A model generated the notes under the pieces. That model worked only from the letters and a program-made list of their open reading frames with translations. It had not been told where the DNA came from and ran no database searches. From the NCBI GenBank assembly GCA_029261035.1, contig JAJDCD010000023.1:557126-621125 (forward strand): DNA of 64,000 bases, read 5' to 3'. Below are positions 18,483 to 26,898 of the stretch, one piece after another. The DNA is from Candidatus Omnitrophota bacterium (GTDB taxonomy: Bacteria; Omnitrophota; Omnitrophia; Omnitrophales; JACROU01). The translations under genes and the position numbers were made by a program. Position 1 is the first letter of the stretch; each line of letters opens with the position of its first letter.

Positions 18483-18884
18483 ATGTTGATTTTATGGACT
18501 AAAAAAACAGGCATTTTTTTATTGATTGCTACGGTCTTGCTGAACTCGATGGGGACAGTTGTGGCTGAAGAAGTACGTGTAAAGGAAGAAGTCAGCTGTT
18601 GCTGTTTGTCGGAGCAGGATTGTTCTGTTTTATTCGATAACGCGTGTCACTTAGAAAGTTCCAAAGTTGCTTTTGATTTAGACGCTCCTATTCCTTTTTT
18701 AGAACCTCTGTCATGCTCTTCTTTAGAAGAAAGTGTCTTCTTCGAATTAATGAAAAATTCTTATATTCCTCAGCCTGTGTTTATGCTTACTTCTTTAAAT
18801 GTAGAACAGCAAGTTTTGTTTGTTGGTTTTACTCATCTTGAAACAACTCCTCAGGTTTCTTTTAGACCTCCTCAAATGATTTAG
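18483..18884 (+). CDS. secreted Cys-cluster hypothetical protein (paralog of 7875..8288)
   Basis: signal peptide; VSCCCLSEQDCSVLFDNACH; C-terminal half resembles 7875..8288 (IPQPV / IPQEV; RPPQ / RAPP). Confidence 0.5.
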   Translation: MLILWTKKTGIFLLIATVLLNSMGTVVAEEVRVKEEVSCCCLSEQDCSVLFDNACHLESSKVAFDLDAPIPFLEPLSCSSLEESVFFELMKNSYIPQPVFMLTSLNVEQQVLFVGFTHLETTPQVSFRPPQMI

Positions 18885-18941
18885 TTTTCTACTTCAGTTA
18901 AAATTTTTTCATTTTATTTTAATCTATTTGAGAGGTGTATT

Positions 18942-20009
18942 ATGTTGTTACGTAAATTATCAGCATGCATTCTATTGCTGTTTTTTGTTATATCAATTCC
19001 TCGATGGAGTTGGTCCGCTGAACCTGTTGTCAACAAATTGATGGCAGATAATATTGTTGAAGCTGCAGGGCTTCAACGTCCTGATGATCATGCTCCTATT
19101 GGCGTTATGCAAGAGCACACGCATAAAAAGAAGGAGCTTATGGCTTCTTATCGTTTTATGTTTATGAATATGGACGGAAGTCGTATTGGTCATAAGCAAG
19201 TAGGGGATGGTCGTGTTTTAAGAGACTTTCCTGTAACCCCAACCGAGATGGAAATGATGATGCATATGATTGGTTTGATGTATGCGCCTAGTGATAATGT
19301 TACTTTTATGGCGATGCTTCCAATCATTCGTAAAGATATGAATCACTTAACACGAGCGGGAGTTAAATTCAGAACCCATTCCGAAGGTGTTGGTGATTTA
19401 AAACTTTCTGCGTTGGTGCCTATTTATAAAAAATCTACAGAGAAAACTTTTCATAAGGTTCACTTAAATGCAGGGATGAGTTTTCCTATCGGAGAAATTA
19501 ATGAGACGCATGATACCCCAATAGGAAAAGGAATTCGTCTTCCGTATCCTATGCAATTGGGATCTGGAACCTGGGATATTTTACCAGGCATTACTTATAC
19601 GGGTTCTACGAATAATTGGTCCTGGGGTGCTCAGGGGTTAGTCACAATTCATCCAGGGAGGAATCGTATTGGTTATGCCTTGGGGAATCAATACGATGTT
19701 AATGTTTGGGGCGCTAGAAAAATTTTTGATTGGATGAGCGCCTCCCTTCGCTTTCATTATTCCATTTGGCAGAATATTGATGGAAGAGACTCTTCTTTGG
19801 TTCCCGCAATGGTTCCCTTAGCAGATCCTAATAGTCGAGGAGGAAAACGCTTGGATTTGGAAGCAGGGTTTAATTTTGTTATTCCTACAAAAGTTTTCAA
19901 AAACCATCGGCTGGCTTTTGAATGGGGAGTCCCAATTATGCAGTCTTTGGATGGTCCTCAGCTCGAAACAGAGTATTGGTTTACTGTGGGTTGGCAGAAG
20001 GTGTTTTAG
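18942..20009 (+). CDS. outer-membrane beta-barrel protein with a Met/His-rich N-terminal region
   Basis: signal peptide ...WSWSA; HAPIGVMQEHTH, FMFMNMDG, TEMEMMMHMIGLMYA; C-terminal ...YWFTVGWQKVF barrel signature. Confidence 0.55.
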   Translation: MLLRKLSACILLLFFVISIPRWSWSAEPVVNKLMADNIVEAAGLQRPDDHAPIGVMQEHTHKKKELMASYRFMFMNMDGSRIGHKQVGDGRVLRDFPVTPTEMEMMMHMIGLMYAPSDNVTFMAMLPIIRKDMNHLTRAGVKFRTHSEGVGDLKLSALVPIYKKSTEKTFHKVHLNAGMSFPIGEINETHDTPIGKGIRLPYPMQLGSGTWDILPGITYTGSTNNWSWGAQGLVTIHPGRNRIGYALGNQYDVNVWGARKIFDWMSASLRFHYSIWQNIDGRDSSLVPAMVPLADPNSRGGKRLDLEAGFNFVIPTKVFKNHRLAFEWGVPIMQSLDGPQLETEYWFTVGWQKVF

Positions 20010-20139
20010 AATGAAGTAGAGGTAAGTTGTTGGTTTGTTAGATAGGGCCGAGCCTCGGTGCTTGGCCCTAAACATATTAAATTAGTAGGTCAATGAGCGT
20101 TTAATTCTTGTCTCGTGCTTCACTTACGAATAGTTTCTA

Positions 20140-20148
20140 TGTTATAAT
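20140..20148 (+). promoter_or_regulatory. extended -10 (TGT TATAAT) promoter giving a near-leaderless cysI transcript
   Basis: TGnTATAAT at 20140-20148; ATG at 20158; no Shine-Dalgarno in between. Confidence 0.45.
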
Positions 20149-20157
20149 CCTTCCACT

Positions 20158-21855
20158 ATGAATGACGAAAATATCAAACTATCACCTTTAGAAGAACTTA
20201 AAGATAAGAGTAATTACCTGCGAGGACGTTTTAAAGAGCTCTTGGCAGACGACTCTACCCATATGCCTAAAGAGGAAATACAACTCTTAAAGTTTCATGG
20301 CTCTTATCAACAAGACGACCGGGATTTAAGGTCTCAGCTCATCAAAGAGAAAAAAGAAAAAGCTTTTTCTTTTATGATTCGCACCCGACATGCCGCGGGG
20401 CTTGTGACTCCTGAACAATACCTTGCTTTCGATAATCTTTCTAACAATGTGGGTAATAAGACAATGAGAATGACAACCCGTCAAACATTTCAGTTTCATG
20501 GGGTGTTGAAGAAAGATCTTAAAACTTTAATTCGTACGGTAAATGAGTCTTTATCTACAACTTCTGGGACTTGCGGAGATATTGTGCGCAATGTTACAGG
20601 GGATCCTGCTCCTTTTGAAAGTCGAAAAAAAATAAAGTTACAAGAATACTGCCAAGCTTTGTCTGATCAGTTTCTTTCTCAGAGCGGCGCTTATTATGAT
20701 GTTTGGTTGGAAGGTTCTAAAGTAGAGGCTCCGGAAATTTTAAAAGAAGGGCCGGAACCCATTTATGGAAAAACCTACTTGCCTCGTAAGTTTAAAATAG
20801 CGATGGTGTACCCCGATGTAAACTCTGTTGATGTTCTTACCAATGATATTGGGATTGCTGCTGAAGTAGATGCGGATGAGAATTTGTCTGGTTTCAACAT
20901 TTTTGTTGGAGGTGGTTTTGGGATGAGCTTAACCAATCCTGATACATATCCACGACTTGCAACTCCTTTGTGTTTTGTTAAGCCAGATGAACTATTAGAC
21001 GTAACGAAGGCGATTGTTTTAGTTCAAAAAGAGAATGGAAATCGTTCTGATAGAAAACAGGCACGCTTGAAGTACCTTATTGATAAAAAAGGAATGGATT
21101 GGTTTCGCCAAGAAACAGAGAAAAAGTTTGGCAAAAAACTAGAGTCTGCGCATGAAGTAACTTTTAAAGATGTTGATTTGTATTTAGGGTGGCACGAAGA
21201 AGGGGATGGAAAGTGGTTTTTTGGTTTATCCGTTGAAAATGGACGGGTTAAAGATGAGGGAGATTTTCGTTTAAAGACTGCTCTCCGCACCGTGGTTGAA
21301 AAATATAAACCCACTCTTTTTCTAACAGCACAGCAAGATGTTCTTTTGTCTGGTTTTACGGAAGATCAGAAAAAAGACGTTGAAGAGATTTTTACATCTC
21401 ATGGAATTCTTCTTCCAGAACAGATCTCAAATGTTCGTAAAGACTCTATGGCATGTCCTGCATTTCCAACTTGTGGTTTGGCTTTTTCTGAGTCGGAAAG
21501 AGTGCTTCCTGATTTGACTACAGAGTTGGCCGGAAAACTTAAAGAATTAGGTTTAGATCAAAATAGAATTATGATTCGTATGACGGGTTGCCCTAACGGG
21601 TGTGCGCGTCCTTATAATTCAGAGATAGCTTTTGTAGGGCGGACCCCGGGGACATACACCTTTTATATTGGAGGTAGTCTGAGGGGAGATCGTTTAAATT
21701 TTGTTTTAAAAGATAAGGTTCCTTATGCCGAGCTGATTCCAACATTACTTCCTATTCTTTCTTCGTATAAAGAGAATAAATCTGAAGATGAAAGTTTTGG
21801 AGATTACTGTGCCCGCATGGGTAAGGATAGTTTACTTTCTCTCGTTGAAAAGTAA
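20158..21855 (+). CDS. cysI: sulfite/nitrite reductase hemoprotein (siroheme, 4Fe-4S), CysI-like
   Basis: 565 aa; NiR/SiR ferredoxin-like half-domains; cluster and siroheme Cys motifs CPAFPTCGLA and TGCPNGCARP. Confidence 0.8.
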   Translation: MNDENIKLSPLEELKDKSNYLRGRFKELLADDSTHMPKEEIQLLKFHGSYQQDDRDLRSQLIKEKKEKAFSFMIRTRHAAGLVTPEQYLAFDNLSNNVGNKTMRMTTRQTFQFHGVLKKDLKTLIRTVNESLSTTSGTCGDIVRNVTGDPAPFESRKKIKLQEYCQALSDQFLSQSGAYYDVWLEGSKVEAPEILKEGPEPIYGKTYLPRKFKIAMVYPDVNSVDVLTNDIGIAAEVDADENLSGFNIFVGGGFGMSLTNPDTYPRLATPLCFVKPDELLDVTKAIVLVQKENGNRSDRKQARLKYLIDKKGMDWFRQETEKKFGKKLESAHEVTFKDVDLYLGWHEEGDGKWFFGLSVENGRVKDEGDFRLKTALRTVVEKYKPTLFLTAQQDVLLSGFTEDQKKDVEEIFTSHGILLPEQISNVRKDSMACPAFPTCGLAFSESERVLPDLTTELAGKLKELGLDQNRIMIRMTGCPNGCARPYNSEIAFVGRTPGTYTFYIGGSLRGDRLNFVLKDKVPYAELIPTLLPILSSYKENKSEDESFGDYCARMGKDSLLSLVEK

Positions 21856-22004
21856 GAAATTTTAAATTTTAAAGTAAAAGTTTAAAATCATAATTAAAAA
21901 GCTGAAATTTTTAAAACCCCTTTGTTAATACAATTCTAAAAAACTTTCTATTTTAAATTATGGTTTTGACTTTAAACTTTTCAATTTTTACTTATTGAGG
22001 TTTT
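21856..22004. repeat. AT-rich ~150-nt intergenic repeat element, copy 2
   Basis: matches 14149..14300 at both ends; 3' end abuts the nhaP start codon. Confidence 0.6.
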
Positions 22005-23801
22005 ATGCTTGAACATATAGCTATTGCTTTGACGACTATTATTTCTTTAGGGATGATTGCGCAGTGGATCGCCTGGCGTTTTCAAATTCCATCTATTTTA
22101 TTGCTTCTCTTAGCTGGGTTTTTAATTGGACCTGTCTTGGGGTTTCTGCAACCGGATGAGCTTTTCAAATCCCTTCTTTTTCCATTCATATCTTTTTCTG
22201 TAGCAATTATTCTGTTTGAAGGTGGATTAGAACTTAACTTTAAAGATCTGACCAAAGTAGGCGGGGTGGTTAGAAATCTCGTGACCTTGGGTTCTTTGGT
22301 GACTTGGGTTCTTTCAGCTTTAGCTTTGTATTTTATAGTGAAGTTAGAGTTTTCATTATCGGTTCTTTTAGGAGCGATTCTGATTGTGACGGGCCCAACA
22401 GTCATTGGCCCATTGTTAAAACATATGCACTTAAAACGAAGTGTAGGCTCTGTTTTAAAATGGGAAGGAATCGTTATTGATCCTATAGGGGCTATGTTGG
22501 CAGTATTAGTTTTTGGGGCGATCCTCTCTGGAGGTTTTCAAGAGGCTTTGGCAGGCACTGCCTTAGGATTGCTTAGAACTGTTTTTATTGGAGGTGTAGT
22601 GGGTATGTTGGGAGCGGGAGTTATGATTTATCTCCTGAAACATTATTGGCTTCCTGATTTTTTACAAAGCCCTGTTTCTTTAATGATGGTGCTTCTTGTT
22701 ACAACAATTTCTAATTCTTTTCAGGCGGAGGCTGGATTGCTATCAGCAACTTTAATGGGGGTTTGCTTAGCGAATCAAAAATCAGTTAATGTTAAGCGAA
22801 TTGTAGAGTTTAAAGAAAGTTTAAGAATTCTTTTGATTTCAGGTCTATTTATTATTTTATCAGCACGAATGGAACTGGAACAGTTAATGATGATGGACTG
22901 GAACACAGTTATTTTTATTGCTTTGCTTATTTTTGTTATTAGACCGTTGTCTGTTTTTGTTTCGACTTTAGGCTCCGAATTACACTGGAAAGAAAAATTA
23001 CTGTTGAGTTTTATGGCGCCAAGAGGAATTGTAGCTGCTGCTGTAGCTGCTGTATTTGCTTTTGAGCTTATTGAGCATGGTTTTTCCTCAGCTTTTCAGC
23101 TGGTTTCCATCACCTTTATCGTGATTGTCAGTACCGTTTTTATTTATAGTATTATTTCTCCGAAGCTGGCTATTTGGTTAGGTTTGTCAACACCAAACCC
23201 TCAAGGAGTTTTAATGTTAGGAGCACATCGCTGGGCCAGGAGTCTTGCATTAGCAATTAAGAAAGCAGGTATCGATGTTTTGCTTATAGATACGAACTAT
23301 GCAAATGTTTCTTCTGCACGTATTGCAGGCTTGTATGCTGTGGATAAGGATGCTTTAAGTCAGCACTCAGGAGATGAATTAGACTTTGAAGGGTTGGGTC
23401 GGATGATTGCTTTAACTCCCAATGACGAAGTCAATTCTTTAGCAGCAGTTCGATATCATAATGAATTTGGAACTTCTGAAGTATATCAATTGAGTCCAAA
23501 AAAGGAGAGTGAATCTCAGCAAGAAGAGAAAGAAAAAAAAGCGCATTATCGCGGCCGTTATTTGTTTGGTAAGAAATCAACCTATACGCAATTAGAAAAG
23601 TGGTTTGATGAGGGTGCTGAAATCAAACTAAAACAAGCAGAGAAAGATTTTAATTTAGAAGAATTCTTAAAAAAGAATCAAGAAAGCATTGTTCCTTTGT
23701 TTATTGTAACCCCTTCAAAAGAACTTTTTATTTTTGCAACGGATAAGCTTTTGTCTATTAAAGCTGAACAAACTCTTATTTATTTGGAATTAAAGAATTA
23801 A
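22005..23801 (+). CDS. CPA1-family Na+(K+)/H+ antiporter (NhaP type) with C-terminal cytoplasmic domain
   Basis: 12-13 TM N-terminal domain with NhaP-like motifs; ~200-aa hydrophilic C-terminus. Confidence 0.75.
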   Translation: MLEHIAIALTTIISLGMIAQWIAWRFQIPSILLLLLAGFLIGPVLGFLQPDELFKSLLFPFISFSVAIILFEGGLELNFKDLTKVGGVVRNLVTLGSLVTWVLSALALYFIVKLEFSLSVLLGAILIVTGPTVIGPLLKHMHLKRSVGSVLKWEGIVIDPIGAMLAVLVFGAILSGGFQEALAGTALGLLRTVFIGGVVGMLGAGVMIYLLKHYWLPDFLQSPVSLMMVLLVTTISNSFQAEAGLLSATLMGVCLANQKSVNVKRIVEFKESLRILLISGLFIILSARMELEQLMMMDWNTVIFIALLIFVIRPLSVFVSTLGSELHWKEKLLLSFMAPRGIVAAAVAAVFAFELIEHGFSSAFQLVSITFIVIVSTVFIYSIISPKLAIWLGLSTPNPQGVLMLGAHRWARSLALAIKKAGIDVLLIDTNYANVSSARIAGLYAVDKDALSQHSGDELDFEGLGRMIALTPNDEVNSLAAVRYHNEFGTSEVYQLSPKKESESQQEEKEKKAHYRGRYLFGKKSTYTQLEKWFDEGAEIKLKQAEKDFNLEEFLKKNQESIVPLFIVTPSKELFIFATDKLLSIKAEQTLIYLELKN

Positions 23802-25312
23802 TGCAGACACAGTCTAAAGATCTGCCTTTAATTAAAGTTATAGGAAATTCACAAAAATTTTGGACGCTTCTTTTTTTTAGCGCCTTTCTTTTGGTGGGGA
23901 TCTTAACTTACAGAGATTATGGTATTTCTTGGGATGAAGAGATGCAAAGAAATACAGGTATGGTCACATCTCAATATGTGTTGGGTGAAAACACTGATTT
24001 GCTTACTTACATTGACCGATACTATGGGACTGCTTTTGAGCTTGTTCTGATTTTTGCTGAAAAGGCATTTGATTTAGAAGACACTCATGATATTTTTTTA
24101 TTGAGGCATTTGCTTACTTTTTTGTTGTTTGCTTTGGGAGTTTTCTTTTTCTTTTTGATCTGCAAGCAACATTTTGGAAGTTGGCGTTGGGGATTACTTG
24201 GGGCTGCTTTTCTTGTTTTAAGCCCTCGAATCTTTGCCCACGCTTTTTATAACTCTAAAGACCTCGCTTTCCTCTCTGTATTTATTATTGCTATCTATTC
24301 TCTGATTCTTTTTTTACAGCATCCTCACTGGAAAACATTAATTTTCCATGCCTTGACTACAGCTTTTCTGATTGATATTCGAATATTGGGAGTTCTAATA
24401 CCAGCCTTAACAGTTTGCTTTTATTGGAATAAAAGAGGAATAAAAGATTGGGCGTATTTGATTGGGTATGGAGGGTTTGCCTTATTTGCGACAGTGCTTT
24501 TTTGGCCCCTATTATGGAATTCGCCCATTCAAGAATTTATAGCTGCTTTTAATAAGATGAGTCATTACCCTTGGGACGGTGTTGTTCTTTATGGAGGGCA
24601 ATTTATTAAAGCTCTAGATTTACCGTGGCACTATTTGCCTGTATGGATGTTGATTACGACCCCATTAGTTTGCATTGGGTTTTTTATTTTAGGTCTTCTT
24701 CTATGTTTTTATGCAAAGAAAAAACAAGAGGTTCTGATTTTTACAGCGTGGTTTTTCTTGCCGGTAATGGCGGTTCTGATTTTACAATCCGTAGTCTACG
24801 ATGGATGGCGACAACTCTTTTTTGTTTATCCTGCTATGGTGTTAATTGCGTTAATTGCTATTTCTGTTCTGTGGGATAAGGTTAAAGAGGGCAGGTTTTT
24901 GCGCTATGCTTTTATTGGTATTGTTGCCCTGGGTTTATTAGAGCCTTTTGGATTTATGGTTTTTAATCATCCTCATCAAAACGTTTATTTTAATGCTTTC
25001 TCAGGAAATGATTTACGGAATCGTTTTGAGTTGGATTACTGGGGCCTTTCATTTAAGCAAGGACTTGAAAAGATTTTAGAAAAAGATTCTTCAAAAGTTA
25101 TTCCTATATATGTAGAACATTGGCCTGGTATTTCAAATGTAAGTTTTCTTCCGAAAGAGGATAGAAGCCGGTTTGAACTTGTAGAAGATGAGGCGGATGC
25201 TAAATATTTTTTAACTAATTATCGTTGGCATTCAAAAGATTATGATTACGAGAAATGGGATTCAATAAAAGTAAAAAGCACAGAAATCCTGGGTATTTAT
25301 AAACCAACCTAA
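23801..25312 (+). CDS. GT-C-fold membrane glycosyltransferase (PMT_2/ArnT-like), putative
   Basis: ATG overlaps the nhaP stop (TAATG); ~11 TM segments; DYGISWDEE acidic motif in the first periplasmic loop; soluble C-terminal domain. Confidence 0.45.
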   Translation: MQTQSKDLPLIKVIGNSQKFWTLLFFSAFLLVGILTYRDYGISWDEEMQRNTGMVTSQYVLGENTDLLTYIDRYYGTAFELVLIFAEKAFDLEDTHDIFLLRHLLTFLLFALGVFFFFLICKQHFGSWRWGLLGAAFLVLSPRIFAHAFYNSKDLAFLSVFIIAIYSLILFLQHPHWKTLIFHALTTAFLIDIRILGVLIPALTVCFYWNKRGIKDWAYLIGYGGFALFATVLFWPLLWNSPIQEFIAAFNKMSHYPWDGVVLYGGQFIKALDLPWHYLPVWMLITTPLVCIGFFILGLLLCFYAKKKQEVLIFTAWFFLPVMAVLILQSVVYDGWRQLFFVYPAMVLIALIAISVLWDKVKEGRFLRYAFIGIVALGLLEPFGFMVFNHPHQNVYFNAFSGNDLRNRFELDYWGLSFKQGLEKILEKDSSKVIPIYVEHWPGISNVSFLPKEDRSRFELVEDEADAKYFLTNYRWHSKDYDYEKWDSIKVKSTEILGIYKPT

Positions 25313-25325
25313 AAATAAACCAGCC

Positions 25326-25859
25326 TTAACTTGATTTTCTATGAGAAAGATATCCTAGAACATCTTTGATAGAAATAATACTTATTGGAGCGCCATCACT
25401 GGCTAATACGGGAAGATGTCGAAATCGACCGGTTGCCATTTTGTTTACAGCAAATGCAATAGGCGCATTGGGTCTAACATATTCTGGATTTGGAGTCATC
25501 ACATCTTGAGCAGTGATGTTTTTTGGATCAATGCTGTTGTTTCTGCAGGCAATTTTTTTTAAAAAATCTCGATTACTAATAATGCCCACAAGCTTATGTT
25601 CGTGATAAACAAGAACACAGCTTTTCTTTTTTTCTTGAATAATAGCTAAGATTTTATCCACAGTGTCTGTTGTATCACAAACAAGAAGGTCTTTTCCTGT
25701 AATGATATTAGAAACAGGGTCTGTCATCATAACACTTTGATACTGGTCGTCTTTTTTTGGGCTTGGAAGATCTCGCTGCATCAATGTGTAAAAACAACAT
25801 TCGCAACGATCAACACCTTCTATATTATTAAACCCGCAGGATGGACAGGTAATATCCAT
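25326..25859 (-). CDS. zinc-ribbon plus CBS-pair domain protein
   Basis: MDITCPSCGF...CECC N-terminal ribbon, then CBS pair; GGGAGG RBS; ATG one nt after the korB stop (TAATATG). Confidence 0.6.
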   Translation of the reverse strand: MDITCPSCGFNNIEGVDRCECCFYTLMQRDLPSPKKDDQYQSVMMTDPVSNIITGKDLLVCDTTDTVDKILAIIQEKKKSCVLVYHEHKLVGIISNRDFLKKIACRNNSIDPKNITAQDVMTPNPEYVRPNAPIAFAVNKMATGRFRHLPVLASDGAPISIISIKDVLGYLSHRKSS

Positions 25860-25860
25860 A

Positions 25861-26898
25861 TTATTTAACCTCCCAGGTATCTTTGCCATAAATTAAATCC
25901 TTTAAATCACCAACACCTTTTTTCTTAATAGCACCTTGTACTTGTTCGTTTAACATTTCGTCGTAAGTGGGTTTGTCTATATCTCTAAAAACACCAAAGG
26001 GAACAGGCATTTCTGGATATTCCATTTGAGTCAAAAAATAAGCGTAGTTGGGTTCTGTATCTTTTTCATTATGAATGAGCAGTTCTGATGAATCCACTTC
26101 ATTGATATTGACAATTTCCGGATGGAGACCTTTGAGTCGTATTGCTTTTTCTTTCTCTTTACCAAATATAAGAGGTTTGTCATGCTCCAGATAAAGCATT
26201 CTCTCATCTCGCGTCTCTCTTCCTGTAACTGGACCAAAAGTTTTGTCATTAAAAATAATACAGTTTTGATAAATCTCTACAAAAGAGACCCCTTTGTGAT
26301 TCATTGCTTTCTCTAAAATGGTACTCATGTGACTGGGCGCTGTATCTAAAGTGCGTGCAATGAATGTTGCTTCTGAAGCAATAGCAACACATAAAGCGTT
26401 AATGGGGTAATCGATGGAACCTTCAGGAGATGTTTTGGTTACTTTGCCTGGTTGAGAGGTTGGGGAATATTGTCCTTTAGTTAAGCCGTATATTTGATTG
26501 TTTACAAGAAGAATGTTTAAATTCATATTTCTTCTCATACAGTGAATTAAATGATTTCCTCCAATACTCAAACCATCTCCATCTCCGGTTATGACCCAAA
26601 TATTTAAATCTGGATTAATACAGCGAAGACCACTTGCAATTGTTGGAGCTCTACCGTGAATGGTATGAAATCCGTATGTGTTCATATAATAAGGAAAGCG
26701 GCTAGAACAACCAATGCCAGAAATGAAAACATGATTTTCTTTAGGGATAGGAAATTTAGCCAAAGTTCGTTGTGTTGTAGAAAGAATCGCATAGTCTCCG
26801 CAGCCAGGGCACCAACGCACTTGCTGGTCCGAGACGAAATCTTCTTTGCTATAAGAAATGACGGGCTGTTTTGTTGTTTCTTTTTTTATTGTACTCAT
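25861..26898 (-). CDS. korB: 2-oxoacid:ferredoxin oxidoreductase beta subunit (TPP-binding)
   Basis: GCGDYAIL, GIGCSSRFPYY, GDGD TPP motifs; ATGA overlap with korA. Confidence 0.8.
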   Translation of the reverse strand: MSTIKKETTKQPVISYSKEDFVSDQQVRWCPGCGDYAILSTTQRTLAKFPIPKENHVFISGIGCSSRFPYYMNTYGFHTIHGRAPTIASGLRCINPDLNIWVITGDGDGLSIGGNHLIHCMRRNMNLNILLVNNQIYGLTKGQYSPTSQPGKVTKTSPEGSIDYPINALCVAIASEATFIARTLDTAPSHMSTILEKAMNHKGVSFVEIYQNCIIFNDKTFGPVTGRETRDERMLYLEHDKPLIFGKEKEKAIRLKGLHPEIVNINEVDSSELLIHNEKDTEPNYAYFLTQMEYPEMPVPFGVFRDIDKPTYDEMLNEQVQGAIKKKGVGDLKDLIYGKDTWEVK

